A stretch of 64,000 nucleotides of DNA, from NCBI RefSeq assembly GCF_009914755.1, contig NC_060926.1. One strand, given 5' to 3'. A program made the position numbers and the translations under genes. The DNA comes from the human T2T-CHM13v2.0 reference genome, Homo sapiens. Under the pieces are notes generated by a model. It did not search any database. It saw only the letters and a list, made by a program, of their open reading frames with translations, and was not told where the DNA came from. Of the stretch, positions 13,012 to 26,114 are shown piece after piece (the first letter of the stretch is position 1; each line of letters begins with the position of its first letter).

Positions 13012-14961
13012 CTCCAAAGCAGTAAGTAATATTGGACCACTTTCGCTTGCTATTCTGTCTTATCCTTCCTTAGAATTGGAGTAAAATACCAGGCACCTGT
13101 CGGCCAGTTAAAAACGATTAGCATGGCCGCCGGACTTAAGACTCAGGTGTGAGGCTGCCTGGGGAAAGGCTTTCTAACAACCCTTCTGGGTTGGGAGCAT
13201 TTGTCTGCCTAGAACCAGCTTCCACTTTCAATTTTCCTGGGGAAGCCAAGGGCCTACTAGAGGCAGAAAGCTGTCATCCCAAACTCCCAGCATTAGTCGG
13301 TTGAGATCATTGTGCAGCCAGAAGTCTCTATTCAACAGTCGCCCATGCACGCACCCTACCTTTCCTTCTGACCCATACCACCTGGGTCCTGACCACGACT
13401 TTCTTGAAAGTGTAGCCCCGAAATTCTCCTTACCTCTGAATCTACTTCCTCTGATCCTTGCCTCCTAGGTAGTAATGGTTCAGACTTTCATTTCCTCTAG
13501 CAAGTTGTATCTCCAAAGGGATCTAAGGAAGCTCTGTGCTGCATCCTTAGGCATCTAGATATAAACCCAGGGAGTCTCGTCCCTGGTGTCCCTACCGACT
13601 TAGGTATATAGCTCTCGACATGGCCAGTTATGTGGGACCCGTTCCCCATCACCCTTGCCAAGGCCCTAAGTTTGTAAATGGCTAAGAGAGATAGAGACAG
13701 AGAGCGAGACAGACAGAGAGACAAGGAGGAGAGAGACAGAGAGGAGAGAGACAGAGAGGAGAAAGAGGCAGAGAGCCAAAGAGGGAGTCAAAGAGAGAAA
13801 GAAAGAAATAGTAAAAAAAAAACAAAACAAAACAAAAAACAAAAGAAAACAAAACAAAAACAACGAGTGCGCCCTATCCCTTTAAAAGCCAGGATAAATT
13901 TAAAACCTATAATTGATAATTGAAGCTCTTCTCTGTGACCCTATAATACTCCAATACTACCTTGTTGTCAGTGTAAACAAGAGCGTCTGAAAACACTGAG
14001 ACCCCTGACAACCCGTAGCCTTCCTATCAAAAATCCTTAACCCAGTGACCCACGGATGGCCCAAATGCATTCAATCTGTAGCGGCAACTGCTTTGATAAC
14101 AGAAGAAAGTAGAAAAGTAATTTTTAGAGGAAACCTCATTGTGAGCACACCTCACCAGTTCAGAATTATTCTAAGTCAGAAAAGCAAAAAAGTAGCTTAC
14201 TAAAGCAAAAATCTTAAAGTATGGGGCTATTCTGCTGGAAAAAGGTAATTTAACACTAACCACTGATAATTCCCTTAACCCAGCAGATTTCCTAACAGGG
14301 GATTTAAATCTTAATTACCATACAAAGGTCCGGACCAGACCTAAGAAGAACTCCCTTCAGGACAGGATGATAGATGGTTCCTCCTAGGTGATTGAGAAGA
14401 AAAAAAAAAAAAAACCACAATGGGCATTCAGTAATTGACAGGGAGACTCTTGTGGAAGCAGAGTTAGGAGAATTGCCTAATAATTGGTCTACTCAAACAT
14501 TCTAACTGTTTGCACTCAGCCAAGCCTTAAAGTACTTACAGAATCAAAAAGACGATCTCAATCCTGACTCAAAAGTTTACCTACACCCTCTCTAAATGAA
14601 TTTGCATAAGAACTATTGTTCATGGGAATGCATCTTGATGGGGCAGCTGGGTTGTTATGAAATACTCAGGAACCCAGCCCAGCTCTAGGACTCACCCCTG
14701 AGCACAAAGGCAATGTTGGGCATGCTGGTAAAGGACTACTAAAATCCAGTAGCCCGGATCCCTTTCTTTGTGGTCAAGAAAGGCAGGAAAAGGGGTGCAG
14801 GACTGCTACATCGGTGAGCGTTACTAATCCGATAAGCAGAGGTCCATGGGTGGTTACGCACTCTGGAAAGGAATAAGCATTAGGACCATAGAGGATGCTC
14901 TAGGACTAATGTTCATCGGAAAATAACTAGGAGTGCTGGCATCCCTATGGTCTTTTTTCAG

Positions 14962-15228
14962 ATGGGAAACGTTCCCCCAAGGCAAAAACGCCCCTAAGAT
15001 GTATTCTGGAGAACTGGGAGCAATTTGACCCTCAGACGCTAAGAAAGAAATGACTTATATTCTTCGGCAGTACCGTCTGGCTACGATGTCCTCTTCAAGG
15101 GGGAGAAACCTGGCTTCCTGAGGGAAGTATAAATTAATAACACCATCTTACAGCTAGACCTCTTTTGTAGAGAAGAAGGCAAATGGAGTGAAGTGCCATA
15201 TGTACAAACTTTCTTTTCATTAAAAGAC
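14962..15228 (+). pseudogene. disrupted HERV-W gag (matrix) remnant
   Basis: MGNVP/fs/KAKTPLRCILENWEQFDPQTLRKK*LIFF...WLPEGSIN/fs/[30 protein letters not shown]; two frameshifts and a stop. Confidence 0.88.
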
Positions 15229-15254
15229 TTCATGAGATCACCTACAAGGACTAT

Positions 15255-15405
15255 TTCCCTGTATCAGAATCACCAAAGTTAATATTTAAAAGTACATATT
15301 TCCGGGCCTTTTCACAAATATACTGGGTCAGAATCTTGGGTTTGGGCCCAGAAATCTACATTTCAACAAAAATTTTTAGGTATTCTTTGGCTTACTAAAA
15401 GTTGA
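15255..15405. mobile_element. MER5-family hAT MITE
   Basis: tcagaatcacc...tactgggtcagaatcttggg...ggcccagaaatctacattt. Confidence 0.6.
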
Positions 15406-16959
15406 TAGGAAGAATATTTCTCTCCTATTCATTGCTAAATGTCTGGTTTTTTGAAGTGCCTGGCACACAGCAGGTTCTTATAAATAATTGCCAAATGAAT
15501 GAATAAAAGAAAGAAAAAAGTAAAGAGCTAAGAACATTTTGAATACTTCTTATCTCCTACTTACTCCTTAAATAAACAATTTCTCTTTGGAATTCTAGAA
15601 ATATATTCCTATAGGCTTATTTTGTTCTATGTACTGTATTCATTACAAAACTAAGCATACATTCCTCTTTTCCCAGCATTACTTATGGATTACTAAGAAA
15701 AATGTGGAAACCCCTTTCATGTAGCTGTTTCAAAGTATATACACAATTTTTACTTTTTAATGGATAAGTATGTGGAGACATGAAGCAGATCATTAACCCT
15801 GAAAATTCCTTTTAAGGCTTCAGTTATTATCTGCATAGCTTTTCTTTTCTGTATCTTTATATTCATTCTTCATTCCCTCTACCCTACATTAAAAAAATCA
15901 CCTAAAATATTTCTTAAAACTTCAGTTACTAACCCCATTACCCCTGACTGCAGTCTCCAAATTCCAACTACACTTTTTCTTACAACATTGCTTTTTATCT
16001 GTTTCCTTTTCTCTGATTTTTTTTTTCTTCTCCTTTCAAATGACCACCTGCTTTCTCGGCTCTTGAACTCGAATGGATTGTTAGCAGCAAAGAGATGAGA
16101 GACCTTTCTAGCTGCTGGAGAGAAGTTCTGAAGTGGTGTGGATCACCTGGCTCCAGTCTACAGGTCACCTCAGACTGGCAGGAAAAGAAATTAGACCCTC
16201 CATTCCATGTATGGAGGCATTTTATCTGCAAGGCAGCTCCCCAGTGATAGCCCAGGCACAGATTGGGGACATGCTGAAAACTTTCAACATCCCTGCTTCA
16301 TATTTGATGGACACAAAGAGAAAAAAGACTGGCTTTGAAAGGCAACTTAACCTTCTTGAAAAGTAAATCAAACTCAGAATCCTCCCAGACACCAGGTAAC
16401 TCATTTTCCAACTTCATCCTGGCCAGGCTGTTTGACCCTGCTTATTTGGTGGGAGTCCTTGGGGGCATCTTCTCTGATTGAATCCAGCTGCAGTCTAATG
16501 GCCAGCTGTCCCCTCAGCCTCTGATCAGGACCTTTCAAAGGTCTAGTCAAAAACTCCTGGGGAGTGGTATATGGTATCAGAGACCTGAGTGTGCTCCAAT
16601 TTGTCATGGTTCTGATTAAGTGGATACATAACAGATGGTGTCTTGTTTTAGATGGAGATGAGTAGGTGAGAAATTGTCTGGCTATGTTGAATTCTTTTAA
16701 TTAAAAAAAGAATGGGAAAAATAATCTGCAGCTGGTATGTCGTTTTTACCTCATAAGCACAGTTTTCTTTCCATTCAGTCATAAAAGGCAAGAAGAGAAA
16801 ACGCAAACTCTCTCAATTTGGGACAAACCTAAGAAAGTCATTTCCTCTGTGGTATGAATATTGGATTAGCAAATGATTTCTTTAAAAAACAAAAAACAGT
16901 CAAGTGCATTTATTTTTCCTTTGAAATGGACAGCAACAGAATAAGGGAATTATTTATGA

Positions 16960-17147
16960 AACAGTTACAGGTCCCCACACCAGCATTATCATCATCACAT
17001 GGGAATGTTTTGTAGACAAAGTCAGGCTCTACACTAGACCTACTGAATTAAGAAATCTAGGTTGAAGAGTCAGGTAGGGCCCAGAAACATGTATTGTAAC
17101 AAGTCTGCTAAGTGATTCTGATGTGCATTAAAATTTAAGAACCACTG
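16960..17147. mobile_element. MER5A
   Basis: agacctactgaatt...ggcccagaaacatgtattgtaacaag...gtgattctgatgtgc...tttaagaaccactg. Confidence 0.75.
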
Positions 17148-17274
17148 TTTTAGAATATTGAAAACTCACTGTACTGATAAGAAAGCTGTTAATTTTTAAA
17201 AGACTTTCAGCATCAATCCCCATATTGACATATATATATATATATTTTTTTTTTAGTATTTATCAAACGCTTAT

Positions 17275-17395
17275 ACACCATGAGGAAACTGAAGCATAGA
17301 CAGGCTAAGTAACTAACCTGAGTAATACAACTAATAAGTGGCAGAGTTAGGATTTTGACCCAGGAAGTCAGGCTCTTGAGTGCAGGCTGCTCAGT
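17275..17395 (-). mobile_element. MIR fragment
   Basis: tgaggaaactgaagc...taagtaact...taagtggcagagttaggattttgacccagg. Confidence 0.75.
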
Positions 17396-18143
17396 TTTCC
17401 CATGTGCTCTTCAGGAAGCCGGCTTCATCTCCAGACCTAGAGGTACTGTGTATGGCTTAGATACCACACAGTCCATGTCACTCAAAAGTTTCAACATCTC
17501 CTGTCAACACCTGGTATCCTTTTTTCCTCAAACTCTGTAAATTCTACATTTAGTTACTTTATTACTTCATTCTCTTCTATTAAAACGTAAGTTCCATGCA
17601 AAAAGACATTTAAATTCTTTTCTTACTATGGAAATATTCAAACATATGTGAAAGTAGATAAACAGTATAATTAATCCAATTTATCTGTTACTACTTTCAA
17701 AAATACCAATATATGGTCATTCTTGTTTCGTCTCTATTTCTACCCACTCCCCATACCCTGGACTATTTTAAAGCAAATCCTGAACATCAATCATATCATT
17801 TCTTCTGTAAACATTTCAGAATAAACACCTAAGAGATAAGAGCTCTTAAAAATGTAACTTTAATATCATAGCTTTAAAAAACACTTATAATTTCTTAAAG
17901 TCTTCAATGCCCAAGCAATATTTAGATTTTTCTGATTTTCTTAAAAGTTGCTTTAAAATATATTTGTTTAAATCAAGATCCAAATAATGTCCATATATTG
18001 TGATTGGTTGGCAAGACTCTTTAAGTGGCACTAGGTCTATAGGTTTCCCCATCATCATTCTGTACATATTTCTCCAGCTTTTTTTCTTGAAGTATTTTGT
18101 TGTTATTATTATTGATAAAATCAGGTAATTTTGTCATGTTAAG

Positions 18144-18364
18144 TAGAGGTTAGCAAACTTTTTCTATACAGGGCCAGATAGTAAATATATTATGTTTTGA
18201 GAGTCATATGAGCTCTGTTTCAACTATTGAACTTTGCTGTTCAATCATAAAACAGCATAAACAATATGTAAACAAATGAGCAAGGCTGTATTGCAATAAA
18301 ACAGCATTAACAAAAATAGGTGAGGAACCGAATCTGGCCCACAGGTCATAGTTGCTGATCCTTC
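18144..18364 (+). mobile_element. MER58A hAT MITE
   Basis: ggttagcaaactttttcta...gggccagatagtaaatat...tggcccacaggtcatagttgctgatcc. Confidence 0.85.
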
Positions 18365-18654
18365 CTATGGAATGCCACAGTCAGATTTCATTAATTATCC
18401 ACCTATGGAATCCTTTATCAGGTCTTCTGTTCCTTCTAGTTTCTGTAAATTGGTAGTTAAATCTAAAGGCTTCATTAGATGTAGGTTTGATTTTGTTTTC
18501 TTGTTCGTATATTTTTATTTTATGAGACAACTTACATACATACATGTATACATATATACATATTTTGTATACATAAAATATGTATATTATTACATATTTT
18601 ACATATGTATATACATTTACATATGTATGTATAAGTATGTATATTACATACTTA

Positions 18655-18965
18655 TACATACATACTTATAAATATATAAGTATAATACATACATACTTAT
18701 AAATATATAAGTATAATACATACATACTTATACATATATAAGTATAATACATACATACTTATACATATATAAGTATAATACATACATACTTATACATATA
18801 TAAGTATAATACATACATACTTATACATATAAGTATAATACATACATACTTATACATATATAAGTATAATACATACATACTTATACATATATAAGTATAA
18901 TACATACATACTTATACATATATAAGTATAATACATACTTATTACATATGTATATAAGTATATTA
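18655..18965. repeat. 31-bp AT-rich minisatellite, about 9-10 copies
   Basis: Unit catacttatacatatataagtataatacata; period 31 (copies start at 18661 and 18692). Confidence 0.93.
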
Positions 18966-19896
18966 CATACTTATATACATACACGTATACATATATACAT
19001 ATTTTGTATACATAAAATATGTATATATGTATACGTGTATGTATATAAGTTGTCTCATGAAATAAAAATATATGAAAAAATGTGTGTGTATTTTATATAT
19101 ATATAAATATATAAAATTTTCATTGGGGGTTATTACAGCAAACAAAACAAAATAAAAGGAAACAAAGAAGCAGTGCATATTCATCATAGGGTACTTCTGT
19201 CACATTTTGAGATGTATTTATTCATTAATATTATTCATTATTCATTAATGATCATTGCCCAGATCTATTAATAATATCTCAAGAGCTAGAAGATAGTAAT
19301 ATTCTTATTTCATTATTACTTCTTTATTTATTAGATAGAACAGTGTTACAAAGAGAAATTATCTTTGGTCACCCTGCGGTACAGTTCATACAGGAAAGAC
19401 AGAATAATTGCTTGATGATTTAGCTTATCATAATGAATTTGTTCTCTAGCATCCTTAAAAGATATCTAAACTTTTAAAGGATCAGTATAAACCTATGATA
19501 TAAAGTATTTGAAGTTTTTCAATCAATTGTCCTTGTTATTCATATGGCACACACATTTTTTCCATCTTTGTTCAGTAGAAGTTTTTCCAAATTGTGTCTT
19601 ATTCTTTTTGGCACAATCCTACTAGTCTTTGAAAGCATCCCTATTTTAAATTATGGCAAGATGTTTCAGATTTATCTTATAAATTATCTGCCCCAGATGC
19701 TGAATTATCCATTTCTCCAATGAGTCCTGGTTCCTTTTACTGACAAAAGGCATTTAGAGACCATAATCTGAGCATTAGGGTTGTACTTGCTAATGGGTTA
19801 GTCATTGTTTCTAGGGCTATTCATTGAACAGAATTGGAAATTATTTTCTTAAGGATACCTATATAACAAATTCATACAGAAGCCTCAAAAATTTTT

Positions 19897-20025
19897 GGCC
19901 AGGTAGAGTGGCTCAGGCCTGTAATTTCAGAACTTTGGGAGGCTGAAGTGGGAAGGTTGCTTGAGTCCAGGGGTTTGAGACAAACCTGGGCAACACAGTC
20001 TACAAAAAACAAAAAAAAATTAGCC
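19897..20025 (+). mobile_element. AluJ/FLAM left-monomer fragment
   Basis: ggccaggtagagtggctcaggcctgtaat...aaaaaattagcc. Confidence 0.88.
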
Positions 20026-20306
20026 TTATCAACCTTCAATCTGTATCTTCTTCCAATCATGCCAAAAATCTGAGTTCTCAAGGACATGGACATAATTACT
20101 CATTTGATTTATTAAATATCTCACAGTATAGACCTAACAGACTCAGAGTAACAATATTACTTTCAAAAGTATTATAACTTAAAATCATTTAATATTATTT
20201 TTAAGTTCTTTTTGTCATTTTGTTATTTTTGTCCGAGGGATATACAATCAAATTCCTGAATTTTAAAATCACCTGGAGTAGTTCCTTCCTATGTGACTAT
20301 TCTGTT

Positions 20307-20515
20307 TCTGTGCTGTCTAGTATGGTAGCCATTAGCCACATATGGCTAGTAAAAATATAATTTAAATGACTTAACTATAACTTAAAATTAAGTTTCTCAG
20401 CATACCAGCTGCATTGTAAGTGTCCACTAGCCATATGTAGCTAGAGGCTACTATTAAATGGTGGAGATACAGAACATTTTCACCATCACATAAAGTTCTA
20501 TTGGGTACATCGTTA
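20307..20515. mobile_element. MER3-like hAT MITE
   Basis: ctgtgctgtctagtatggtagccattagccacatatggcta...aaagttctattgg. Confidence 0.8.
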
Positions 20516-23159
20516 AGTTTATTTTCTTTCCTTTTAAAACATTTTTAGAAATTCTTTTTGTATGTATTTTATTCTGTTTTGTTATTAGGTGAAAACCTAC
20601 ATAATTCCAAAGACAAATCAAGAAACAATATATACTCAAAGAAGTCTAGTTTCTATTACTGTTCCCTCTACCCTGTTCTCTCCTTCCCACGATAGATCAA
20701 GTTTTAATATTTCTGTGCTTTATCTTTCTATTGGTTTCATTCTTAATGTGAACAAATATATATATATACTTACATACATATATATAATTCCCAATTTTCT
20801 TAGATAAAGGGCAGCATACTATTTATTATTTAATTGAATAGTATTTTTCTATTACTTGCAAAGAAAAAAATGCAGTATAATATAACCACTAATTCTTTAG
20901 AAATAAATCTGTGCTGACTCACCATTAAAGCCTTTTTAAAAAATGAACTTGGAGATGTGGAGAAATCAACGAGAGACTAAATCCCAGGGAAACTTAAAGT
21001 TTTGGACAGTTATTAACACAGTAACTTAAAGCCCAAGTTCATGATCAAAAGTAAACTCTGAAATCCCAAGTGGTGAGTGAAGGGTGCCATATGTGTTGGA
21101 ACACAAGAATGACCAGATCAGCCCAAGAGGATGCCAGAGAGTGATACTGACTTGCTCTCCAATAAGAAAATTTCAAATCCATCTGAGTTCGTTGCCAACA
21201 AATGCAATTTTTTTGAAAGGGTGGAACATGTTCATATTTCCTTAGTTTTTGTCAACAACTTAACAGCTGTGTTCCAAATGGACTGAAGTTGAGCCAAAAT
21301 ATTGTCTGGCAGCCCTGAAAACAAAATCTGACAATAATTGATTTTCAGAGCATTCACAGTATGAATCCCAACATTCCACAGTCTGGGGTTGTTGGGGAGA
21401 TAAGGGGGTGGTGAGCATAGGTCTTTATTCTCTTAATTCTAGATAATACATGACCAAAGAAAATCTAAACAAGAGATTAGCCCAATCATTGTGTTCTATT
21501 TCTTAAGATAGAGTGAATTATCTATGAGATATGTAAAAAACAATATCTTTTTCTGCCTCAATGCTTCATACTAATCTAGAAGGAGCTTTGGTTACCATTA
21601 TGCTACTTTAATGACCCAAAATAGTGTGCATGTAAGCATCATATCCCCCATTTGAAAATAAGAGAAACGTCAAGTATTACATGCAATGCTGAGGAATATA
21701 TGGAAGGCAACTCTCACAAGTTCTCAGAAACCTGTGATTCTTACAAGAAGAAATAAACGAAATATAAAGTACTGAACATATTTCCCTTTGAGACATTCTC
21801 CAAAGCTAGCGAAAGGCATTGCAGAAATGTAAAGTATTCCTTGATATTGTTTAGCAATTCCATCTGTGGGGGAGGGAAAATGCAGCTAAGATCAACCTTG
21901 GGACACCCCCCTAAACAATATCAATGCCTGCTTTTCATCCTATATTTTGTTTGAGATCAAGTCATCTGACAGTACGCTCGAATTTTCACCTGAAATATTT
22001 ACTCAGTTTTTAATGAAAATAAAAATAAAAAACTTTTCTCTATTAAAGAGAAAAGATCTTATATCCTCAGTAAACAACCTGGGACAAATTAATATATCAT
22101 TGTCACCTCTGGTTTTTAAAATTTGTAGTTTTCCTCAGCTTTTCCAAGCTAGCCATATGTAGATATTTTCACTCAGCCTGACCATATTCACTAACCATAT
22201 ATGTCTACTTTTTGGAAAATATTCCCTATATAAATGTGAATGAAATTATAAATTTGAATCCCACATACTCATTTTTTGAACTCTATTTACTCACTAGCCA
22301 ATATTCACTTAATTTGGAAACCTGTATGGTGAATCTCCTATTCATACCTTTGATGCTCATCTGGGTCAACCAATGAAAAAGGAGAAAAATGAATTATGCT
22401 TTTTAAAATCATTAATAAGGTATAAATCTCTAATAAAAATGCATGAATCACAAATGTGCTGTCACAGAGAAAAATAATAAGCCGAAGAAACCTCAACGTC
22501 CTCTGGTTCAATCCTTTTTCTTAGTAGAAGGAACTGAGGCTCCAAGAGTTTATGAGTGTGTTTATCTTGCCATACTTTTCTAGCGCATCAGGAGCAAAAT
22601 TAAGCTAGATGGGGCTCCTGCCTACCTGTCCAGAACTATTTTCTCATAGCATCAGGTTGTGTATTATCATGTATGAAAAGGTACCAGGATTATTCTTGTT
22701 CAAAATAAACACTACCAGTGATCATCAGAATGAGTGTGTTCCCTGCCAGGATCACATCGTTTTTCTGACTCACATTTCCTGACTTGGAGAGCACCTGCCC
22801 TCACTGCTGGCACCTCACAAATCTGGGATGATTTAGCTGACCTGGGCTGGAGGTGGTTGGTTTCCAGAACTTTGGCTCCAAGAACCCAGTGATGGGCTCT
22901 GATCTTGGGGCATATTTGCTCTGCTTGCTGCAGCCAAAAATGTGCTTGTGTCCGGTCAGCATTCTTGAAAGGTTTGCCTTTGAGTCACACTTTTCCTATG
23001 GACCTTTTGTTCATACACTGCACTTTTAATCATTATTTAACATTTATTTAATACCTTCAATATTTCATCTCACCACATACCACTAAGATATTCTACAGAA
23101 CAATGATTTTACTTAGATGCTTAGAAACAACAGTAATAAACACAGTAGGAATTACAATA

Positions 23160-23330
23160 ATTTGAGTACTTATTATATATTAGGCAACTTACACACCTTT
23201 TGTCACTTAATCTTGAGAACTTTCCTTTAACACACACTGTGAGACGGGTATTATTAAATTGATGCTACAGATGAAGAAACTGTTTCAGAGAGCTTAAGTA
23301 AATTGTCTAAGGTAAATGGAAGAAGCAGGG
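23160..23330 (-). mobile_element. MIR fragment
   Basis: tttgagtacttattat...tacagatgaagaaactg...cttaagtaaattgtctaagg. Confidence 0.65.
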
Positions 23331-23750
23331 CTGTCTAACCCCTAAGGTTCTGTTTCTGATTACCATTGTCTTGAAATTAAGAAGTACCACCTTGACCATT
23401 TCATGGCCTACAGCTGGATCACAGTTTATTAGCGGACAGTTGGGAAATCAAGACTGTGTTGGAACATATTCAATAAGGGGAAAAAAAATCAGTCATTACT
23501 TCAATAATTACACTTCACCCTTTTAAGGAACCCCTCCCTCTCAGGATAAGTTAAGGTCTTTTAGTTATTCTTGAACCCTTTATCAATCATACTGCACATA
23601 CTCCTACTCCCTCCTCCTAAATCCTCCTTCTTCAATACTCCAAAACATTTTTCTCTTCTAATAGCAGCTCTTTCAAGCTGGTCTTCACCAAACAAACTTA
23701 CCCCAGTCCCTTTAACGTTTTTAATGATTTGTTTTCCTCAAGTTCACTTG

Positions 23751-24050
23751 TTTTTTTGTTTTTGTTTTTGTTTTTTTTGAGACAGAGTCTCCCTCTGGTG
23801 CCTAGGCTGGAATGTAGTGGCACAATCTCAACTCACTGCAACCTCCGGCTCCTGGGTTCAAGCAATTCTTCTGCCTCGGCCTCCTGAGTAGCTGGGATTT
23901 ACAGGTGCACACCACCATGCCCGAATAATTTTTGTATTTTTAATAGAGATGGGTTTCACCACATTGGCCAGGCTGGTCTCAAACTCCTGATCTGCCTGCC
24001 TCGGCCTCCCGAAGTGCTGGGATTACAGGTGTGAGCCACCTCGCCCAGCC
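23751..24050 (-). mobile_element. AluS, antisense
   Basis: T-rich tail, gagacagagtctc...gtgctgggattacaggtgtgagccacc...cagcc. Confidence 0.95.
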
Positions 24051-26114
24051 AAATTTGCTTCTTTTTAAGATCATCTTCTAAAACTATATATCTAAGTTGT
24101 TGGCCACTATTGACAGAAACCTTCAGATTTTTTTTTTAGTAAAAATAAAAGAATAATTTTTATAAAGTAGTTAATAGTTTTATTGGAGTAAAAGATTGTA
24201 AACCAGCATCTTGTTGATCCATATTATTCAGACATTTCCTTTTTTTCTAGCTCATCTTTCCACTGCCTTTTTTTACCCCAAAAGGAGACAAAAGCTCAAA
24301 TGTTTCACAGCTCATTAAGAAATTGAACAAAAGATGAGAAATGCCTCCTGGAAAATGTAGCTACACTAAAACTGCCATTAAATCTAAATGCACAGCTAGG
24401 TGAATGTTCTTTATTCTGTCATTATTTCAGCGTCATGATACTGAATGTGAATGAACTTTGTTCAAACAAACATACCTCAAGGGATTCAAAGAGTATCCCT
24501 TATCACATAATCATGCCATTATTATTCATAGCTTTAAAAACATCAAGCTGAAATATATTTCTATCATAAATGTAGTAAGAGCATAGAACTTGATAGATTT
24601 GGGAATCAACACAGAACATTCTCTGTTCTTCAGATGCATCTATTGCTCCTAGACTGATAGGAATCAAGCCTATTATAAATATATAGATTCAAAATGACCT
24701 CTCTCAAACATAACTTGGGACTCAGACAACTTAGTTGGATGCAATCTGTCCCTGGATCACTTCCATCTTGTCTTCTTCTCAAGGGAGTTGGGCCATAATG
24801 TGTAACTATTCTCAGAAATGGGTAATCCTCAACCCCTGGGCATCTCTCATGAATGTTTTTTCCAGCCAAAACTACTTCAGACTTTGTAGCTTTTTTTTGA
24901 TAGGTCAACTTACCATCTCTATACAAATATTTATGTCACTATTAATATCATGCCTCCGTTCCAAAGCCCTGAAATCTAGAAAATACTACACAAGCACAAG
25001 TCCTCGTAACAGCCATGAGTTAGTTACACAGGTAAGAAACAATAGGAAGATAAGGAGATTCCCAGAATCACCCTTAAAAATCAGTAAGCTACAGATTGAA
25101 TCTCCACACTCTGATTCACAGGCATTTTTTTTCCTCCTCAAAGAAACAACACACACTCTCAGGAAAAAAAGAAATATTGATGAAAAAATTTAAGTTCCAG
25201 AAAATGCCAACAGCCTCTTGAATCAAATGATACAAAATTATAAATGCAATTGAGCATGATCTCCAGGTACTGAGCCTATTTGATGCTAAGCGAATGAATG
25301 TGATCACACCAGCAGATGTGGTGGGGGCAAAACCAGCTAAGCCAAATGGACCAAGATGATGCCAAGAGCCTTAAAGAAATCAGAAAAAGGAATTCAAGAA
25401 TCAATCCTGGCAACATAACAGAGAGCCGATGTGAAGATTGCAAATGTGATGAATATGCTGTGGCCACCTGTAAGAACACATGCTGCTCTGTTCTGGGGAG
25501 GAAAAGTAGGATTTTGTCATTCCATGGCAAATAGAGGCTCTTGAAAGGCAGTACCTACAAAGTAGAGAGCTGAGTCCTCAAAGTAGGGAAAAACATGAAT
25601 CCAGGTCCCTAATTAACCCTAAGCCCTAAGTACAAAGAAAGAGTTTATGCCCTAAGTACAAAGAAAGAGTTGGTTATCAACTAAATTCTGATAACCAACA
25701 CTTGGCCTAGGCTACGTTACCTGGGCTGTTTCTTACACTGTCCTTCAATGTAGGCCAATGATGTAATATCGAAACACAATACAGTTAAGCAATTCTTCAG
25801 GTGGGCAAAGGATCAAGTCCATTTATGCAACCCCTTCTGCTCATCTGCTTAATCTGGGGATTGATTTTAAAGTAACTTGAGAAATGTAGGAATTGAATAT
25901 CTTTCTGAAATTTTTTCAAAAATACTCCTTTTGTAGCTGAGCTTCTACAAAGAGTTGGACAAGAGTAAGTTCAAGATTTTACTCCTAGGAAGTTACCTAG
26001 AGAAATATGGTCATATATAGTCTGTAAATAGCTGAGAGCAGTAGCATACAGGTAGTAACAATGGTGGTAACAATATAAGAATTGATATAGCAAATATAGT
26101 CACAAGTGTGCTGA

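Larger units (their letters stand above)
12991..15228 (+). mobile_element. HERV-W (HERV17-int) leader / pre-gag region and start of gag, 3'-truncated
   Basis: PBS, splice donor gtaagt at 13022, AG-rich expansion at about 13685-13860, gag start at 14962. Confidence 0.9.
17615..20290 (-). mobile_element. old L1M (MC/ME-type) 3' region, interrupted by MER58A, an AT palindrome and an Alu monomer
   Basis: gaaatattcaaacatatgtgaaagtagataaacagtataa, gactattttaaagcaaatcc and catttctccaatgagtcctggttccttttactg are typical antisense old-L1 3' sequence. Confidence 0.65.

Noticed and set aside
15995-16607. Cluster of short ORFs in GC-richer unique sequence
   Set aside because: No recognisable protein and no processed-pseudogene hallmarks (tail, TSD)
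18655-18965. Regular 31-bp array as a possible CRISPR array
   Set aside because: Head-to-tail units with no unique spacers, no cas genes, and primate context
24735-25534. 152-aa ORF and a Cys-rich 72-aa ORF
   Set aside because: The longer one has a non-ATG start; neither has a recognisable domain or convincing exon structure, so chance is likely
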